Shown here: one piece after another, positions 60,423-64,000 of the stretch
How positions within the stretch are numbered: the first letter of the stretch is position 1
Layout of the letters: each line of letters starts with the position of its first letter
Origin: Alphaproteobacteria bacterium
Lineage (GTDB): Bacteria; Pseudomonadota; Alphaproteobacteria; UBA828
DNA: 64,000 bases
Assembly (NCBI GenBank): GCA_965221125.1
Contig: CBDCRW010000004.1
Span: 384,001 to 448,000 of the forward strand
Direction of reading: 5' to 3'
Translations under genes and position numbers: made by a program
Notes under the pieces: generated by a model
What the model was told of the DNA's origin: nothing
The model's input: the letters and a program-made list of their open reading frames with translations, nothing else
Databases searched by the model: none

Positions 60423-60537
60423 ACCTTCGGTGCTAAGCAGCTGATTCGATTGCGATGATCTTCCATTTCTATTGCCACCGGGCGCGGAATTCAAGCCGAT
60501 TCCGCACTCCGCTGCAACAGATCGGAGACGCGCAATC

Positions 60538-61665
60538 ATGCCAACCATCCGCCTCACCCAGCGCAGAGTCGACGCCCTTCGTCCCCGCCGCAAGGTGCGC
60601 GACATCCGGGACGCCGAGCTGAAGGGGTACGGCGTCCGGGTCATGCCCTCCGGCACCCGGCGCTACTTCATCCACAGCCAGCACAGGGGCAAACGAGTTT
60701 GGAAGATCATAGGCGACGCGGCGGCGATCGCCGAGCCCGAGGCGCGGGTCAGGGCCAGGTCGATGCTCGCCGCGTTGCGCGACGGCCGGGAGCCCGATGC
60801 GGCGGACCCCGGCGGCACCCTCTTCGAGACGGTCGCCGAGGAGGTCTTCGACCGCTACGGCCGCCGCTGGAAGCCGCGCACCCTGGACGTAAACCGGGCC
60901 TACCTCCGCCGGCAGATATTGCCCTTCTTCGCGGGCAAGCCCATCGGAGAGATAACCAAGGAGGACGTGCGGGCCTGGTTCCGCTCTCTTCACGCGACGC
61001 CCGCCGCCGCGAACCGCTCGGCACCGATCCTCTCGGTCATCATGCAGCAGGCCGAGGTCTGGGGATACCGCCCGGAGGACAGCAACCCCTGCGCCGGGAT
61101 CCGCCGCTACCGACAGGGACGGTCCGAGCGCTTCCTCACCCCCGAGGAGTATCGCCGCCTCGCCGCAGTGCTGGGCCGGCACGAGGCCGACCGCCCCCTG
61201 CACGTGGCCGCCCTGCGTCTGCTGCTGCTCACCGGGTGCCGCAAGTCGGAGATACTGACCCTTCAATGGCGCTCCTACCGGGAGGGGCGGCTCTATCTGC
61301 CCGACAGCAAAGTCGGCCCACGCACGGTCTGGCTGTGCGAGGCGGCGCGCGATGTTCTCGATAGCATGCCCCGATCCTCCGGATGGATCTTCCCGGTCGC
61401 CGGTCGGCGCACCCCGTGGATGTGGCTGGATTACTTCTGGCGCGGCGTGAGGGAGGAAGCCGGGCTGCAGGATGTCCGCCTGCACGACACCAGACATTCC
61501 TACGCCAGCATGGCACTGCTCTCCGGCGAGAGCGTGCGCACCGTCGGCCGCCTGCTCGGTCACGAGAAGGCGTCGACCACGCTGAAATACGCTCACCTGT
61601 CCGACGCCACGGTCCGCGACGCAGTCGAGACCCTGTCTCCCGTCCTGTCGGGGAACCGGCCATGA
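60538..61665 (+). CDS. Tyrosine recombinase/integrase 1 with arm-binding N-terminal domain
   Basis: IRDAELKGYGVRVMPSG arm domain; catalytic R (TGCRKSE), K (DSKVG), HDTRH, LGH, Y (TLKYAH). Confidence 0.93.
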   Translation: MPTIRLTQRRVDALRPRRKVRDIRDAELKGYGVRVMPSGTRRYFIHSQHRGKRVWKIIGDAAAIAEPEARVRARSMLAALRDGREPDAADPGGTLFETVAEEVFDRYGRRWKPRTLDVNRAYLRRQILPFFAGKPIGEITKEDVRAWFRSLHATPAAANRSAPILSVIMQQAEVWGYRPEDSNPCAGIRRYRQGRSERFLTPEEYRRLAAVLGRHEADRPLHVAALRLLLLTGCRKSEILTLQWRSYREGRLYLPDSKVGPRTVWLCEAARDVLDSMPRSSGWIFPVAGRRTPWMWLDYFWRGVREEAGLQDVRLHDTRHSYASMALLSGESVRTVGRLLGHEKASTTLKYAHLSDATVRDAVETLSPVLSGNRP

Positions 61666-62849
61666 AGGGGCGGAGGGTCCGGCTGACGGACGCGGGCGTC
61701 GGCAAGTTGAAGCCGCACACGACGGAATACGCGGTCTGGGACAGCGAGGTGCCCGGCCTCGGCGTGCGGGTACGCCCGTCCGGGCATCGCAGCTTCGTCT
61801 GGCACGGGCGCGTCCAGGGAGAGCCGGTCAGGGCGACCCTCGGCCCGGCCGCGCTCATGACCGTCGAGGACGCCCGGAAGGAAGCCCTGGCGCTCCGCTT
61901 GGGAACCGCCCCGCACAAGGCGGAAGGACGTTTCGGCGCTCCCCTGTTCCGCGACTTCGTCCAGAACGAGTGGATGCCGGCGTACCGCGGTCGCTGCGCC
62001 CCGTCGTCCTGCCGGTTCGCCAATCGTGTGCTTGAACGGCAGTTGATCCCCGCCTTCGGCCAACTCCCGCTGGACGCCATCCGGCGGATCGGCGTCGAAC
62101 GCTGGTTCGACGCCTACAGCCGTACCGCGCCGGGCGGAGCAAACAAGGCGCTCGAGATCCTCGGCCAAATCATGAACGCCGCCCTCGCCGCCGGCCATGT
62201 CGGGACCGCTCCCGTGAAGGGCATCGCGAAGAACCCCCGCCCGAAACTCACCCGGTTCCTCTCCGCCGAAGAGATCGAAAGGCTTCACCGCGTCCTTGAT
62301 CGGCTGGTCGGGGAGCGGCCCTCCCGCCGGCAGCAGGCCGACGTCATCCGGCTGCTCCTGCTCACCGGCTGCCGGGTGGGCGAGATCCTCAAGCTCCAAT
62401 GGCCGGAGGTCGACGGCGACCACCTCAATCTCGCCGACACCAAGACCGGGCCGCGCAGGGTCTGGCTGAGCCAGGCCGCGCAGGCCATCCTTGCCCGCCA
62501 GCCGCGTGCCGCAAGCCTCTACGTGTTCCCCTCCCCAAGGCATCCTGACAAGCCACTTTCACACGCACTTCACCTCTGGCGCCGGGCGCGGAAGGAAGCC
62601 GGGCTCGACGACGTTCGCCTGCACGATCTCAGGCATACCGTTGCCAGCCAGGCCGTCGCCCGGGGCGTTCCGCTCTCCACCGTCGCGCGCATGCTCGGCC
62701 ACGCCGACCCCACAATGACCCTGCGATACGCCCATGTCGGCGACCGCGATCTGCAGGCCGCCGCCGAGCGCATCGGAAAGTCCATCGGGGCCGCAATGGC
62801 GGGTGGCGAGGCGCCAACAGCACCATCAGTCCATAGGGTGCACGGTTAG
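61662..62849 (+). CDS. Tyrosine recombinase/integrase 2 with arm-binding N-terminal domain
   Basis: VWDSEVPGLGVRVRPSG; TGCRVGE, DTKTG, HDLRH, LGH, TLRYAH; ATGA overlap with integrase 1. Confidence 0.93.
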   Translation: MKGRRVRLTDAGVGKLKPHTTEYAVWDSEVPGLGVRVRPSGHRSFVWHGRVQGEPVRATLGPAALMTVEDARKEALALRLGTAPHKAEGRFGAPLFRDFVQNEWMPAYRGRCAPSSCRFANRVLERQLIPAFGQLPLDAIRRIGVERWFDAYSRTAPGGANKALEILGQIMNAALAAGHVGTAPVKGIAKNPRPKLTRFLSAEEIERLHRVLDRLVGERPSRRQQADVIRLLLLTGCRVGEILKLQWPEVDGDHLNLADTKTGPRRVWLSQAAQAILARQPRAASLYVFPSPRHPDKPLSHALHLWRRARKEAGLDDVRLHDLRHTVASQAVARGVPLSTVARMLGHADPTMTLRYAHVGDRDLQAAAERIGKSIGAAMAGGEAPTAPSVHRVHG

Positions 62850-63145
62850 CAGGCGGGAAATCAGGGTCTCTTCCCAACGTGACCCCGGAGGCTGCCATTG
62901 TTCCGGGGTCCCCCAGCTCAGCTTCTCGCAAGCACCTTGACCGCCGCCTGATCCCGACTCTACGCTTACCCCCGCTAACGACCACGGGTGCCCGCTCCGT
63001 CGGGTTGCCCGCTGAATACAACAGCCTCTTGACCCGGCCAGGGTCGCTCCTTGGCCCAGGTGAATAGGTGGGGACCTCACACACCCGTGTGTCGTTAGCA
63101 ACGGCCCGGCACCAGCCGGGCTGGCCTGCAAGGGAGCAAAGATTC

Positions 63146-64000
63146 ATGAACAAGACTATGCTGGCGGTCACCCTCGGCGGTCTCCTTACTCTTTCGGCGT
63201 GTGGTGGCAGCGGTGGCAGCGGTGGCAGCAATACACAACCCGTCACGTCCCTGCCGCCCGCCAATACTCCGACGTTCAACGAAACGCTTGCAGCCGATCC
63301 GACCGCGAACCGAAGTGCCGTAACGCGAGCGGCCACGTCGCTGCCTGCATTCGGGAGTGTCACGCAATCCACAAGCCATAACGTGGCTGGGATATCATCC
63401 GACGCTGCGAGCACCACATTCGATGGGCAGAGACTGATCCTGCGGATTCAGCGCGATGACGCCAGCGCCCTCACCCTGGATACAGCCTCCGACACGCTCG
63501 AGAGTGACGCCCTCGACTCTCTTATTCCCGGGCATGGCGGACGCGGCTGGATTCAGTTGGATGCTAACGCGGCGGGCGCGACGTTAGCCTACACGGGCGT
63601 TTCCTGGTCTAACAGCGATCCCACCGATTACCTGGCGGGCGGCTATTGGCTGCATGCCGCCGGGGACGTCCTCAACGGTTCGGTCACAGGTGTAGAGGTT
63701 GGTGCCTTCGTCGATGGCCCCGAGCTTGATATCGGCAATCCGCCGACCATGCCGATGCAGGGCACTGCCAGCTACAACGGGCTTGCAGAGGGTGTCTATG
63801 CTGGCCGGTATGGCAGCATTGTTCCGGGACAGACCTTGTCGGAAGGGAGCACGGAGACTGGAGTTTGGAGTTCGACCATCGGACTCGCTGCCGACTTCGG
63901 TACCGGCACGATCTCGGGCTGCATCGGGTGTCAGGCTCCCGTCTATGTGACCGGTGTGTACCAAGATGCCGTAATGGGGCTCGGCGCCAATCGGTACCAT
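63146..64000 (+). CDS. Surface lipoprotein, possibly TbpB-like barrel; 3' truncated and absent from the ORF track
   Basis: Manually translated open frame to the window end: MNKTMLAVTLGGLLTLSAC-GGSGGSGGS...DYLAGGYWL...GAFVDGPE...GTASYNG...LAADFGTGTISG; GGGAG RBS. Confidence 0.8.
   Translation, partial: MNKTMLAVTLGGLLTLSACGGSGGSGGSNTQPVTSLPPANTPTFNETLAADPTANRSAVTRAATSLPAFGSVTQSTSHNVAGISSDAASTTFDGQRLILRIQRDDASALTLDTASDTLESDALDSLIPGHGGRGWIQLDANAAGATLAYTGVSWSNSDPTDYLAGGYWLHAAGDVLNGSVTGVEVGAFVDGPELDIGNPPTMPMQGTASYNGLAEGVYAGRYGSIVPGQTLSEGSTETGVWSSTIGLAADFGTGTISGCIGCQAPVYVTGVYQDAVMGLGANRYH
63203..63229 (+). repeat. Perfect 9-nt tandem repeat x3 encoding a GGS tether
   Basis: ggtggcagc x3 directly after the lipobox Cys codon. 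Confidence 0.85.

Larger units (their letters stand above)
60392..64000. mobile_element. Putative integrative element with tandem tyrosine recombinases and lipoprotein cargo; right end not located
   Basis: Two integrase genes directly after core genes; visibly lower GC after 62850. Confidence 0.6.

Noticed and set aside
62881-62910. GACCCCGGA/TCCGGGGTC hairpin after integrase 2 as the right end of the element
   Set aside because: No similarity to the left-end palindrome and no direct repeat; more likely a terminator-like hairpin

Overview
High-GC bacterial chromosome segment, most consistent with an alphaproteobacterium. This is inferred from gene order (rplU-rpmA-obgE-proB-proA-nadD-rsfS-rlmH; etfB-etfA-hbd; pmbA-msbA-DUF374-waaA-lpxK-lpxL; cysK-alaX-sseA). 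Housekeeping blocks alternate with accessory catabolic and transport modules: a LarA-like C-terminus with a DUF1858 protein, a GMC oxidoreductase, a sugar-type ABC system, putrescine uptake and glutamylation genes (potFGHI, puuA/puuB-like), an ABC + cyclase + aldehyde:ferredoxin oxidoreductase + SDR + CobW cluster, an amino-sugar-type trio, a Baeyer-Villiger monooxygenase and a histidine-ammonia-lyase-fold protein lacking the MIO motif. The right end holds a putative integrative element: two translationally coupled, catalytically intact tyrosine recombinases followed by a lower-GC surface lipoprotein gene that the ORF track missed and the window truncates. The left boundary of the element coincides with one copy of a small palindromic repeat family (TAGAGCG-nn-TCCGT-n5-ACGGA-nn-CGC) that recurs at stop codons elsewhere in the window. 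rsfS appears to need a non-canonical ATA start. No rRNA, tRNA or CRISPR array was recognised. All family calls come from motifs recognised by eye; no searches were run.
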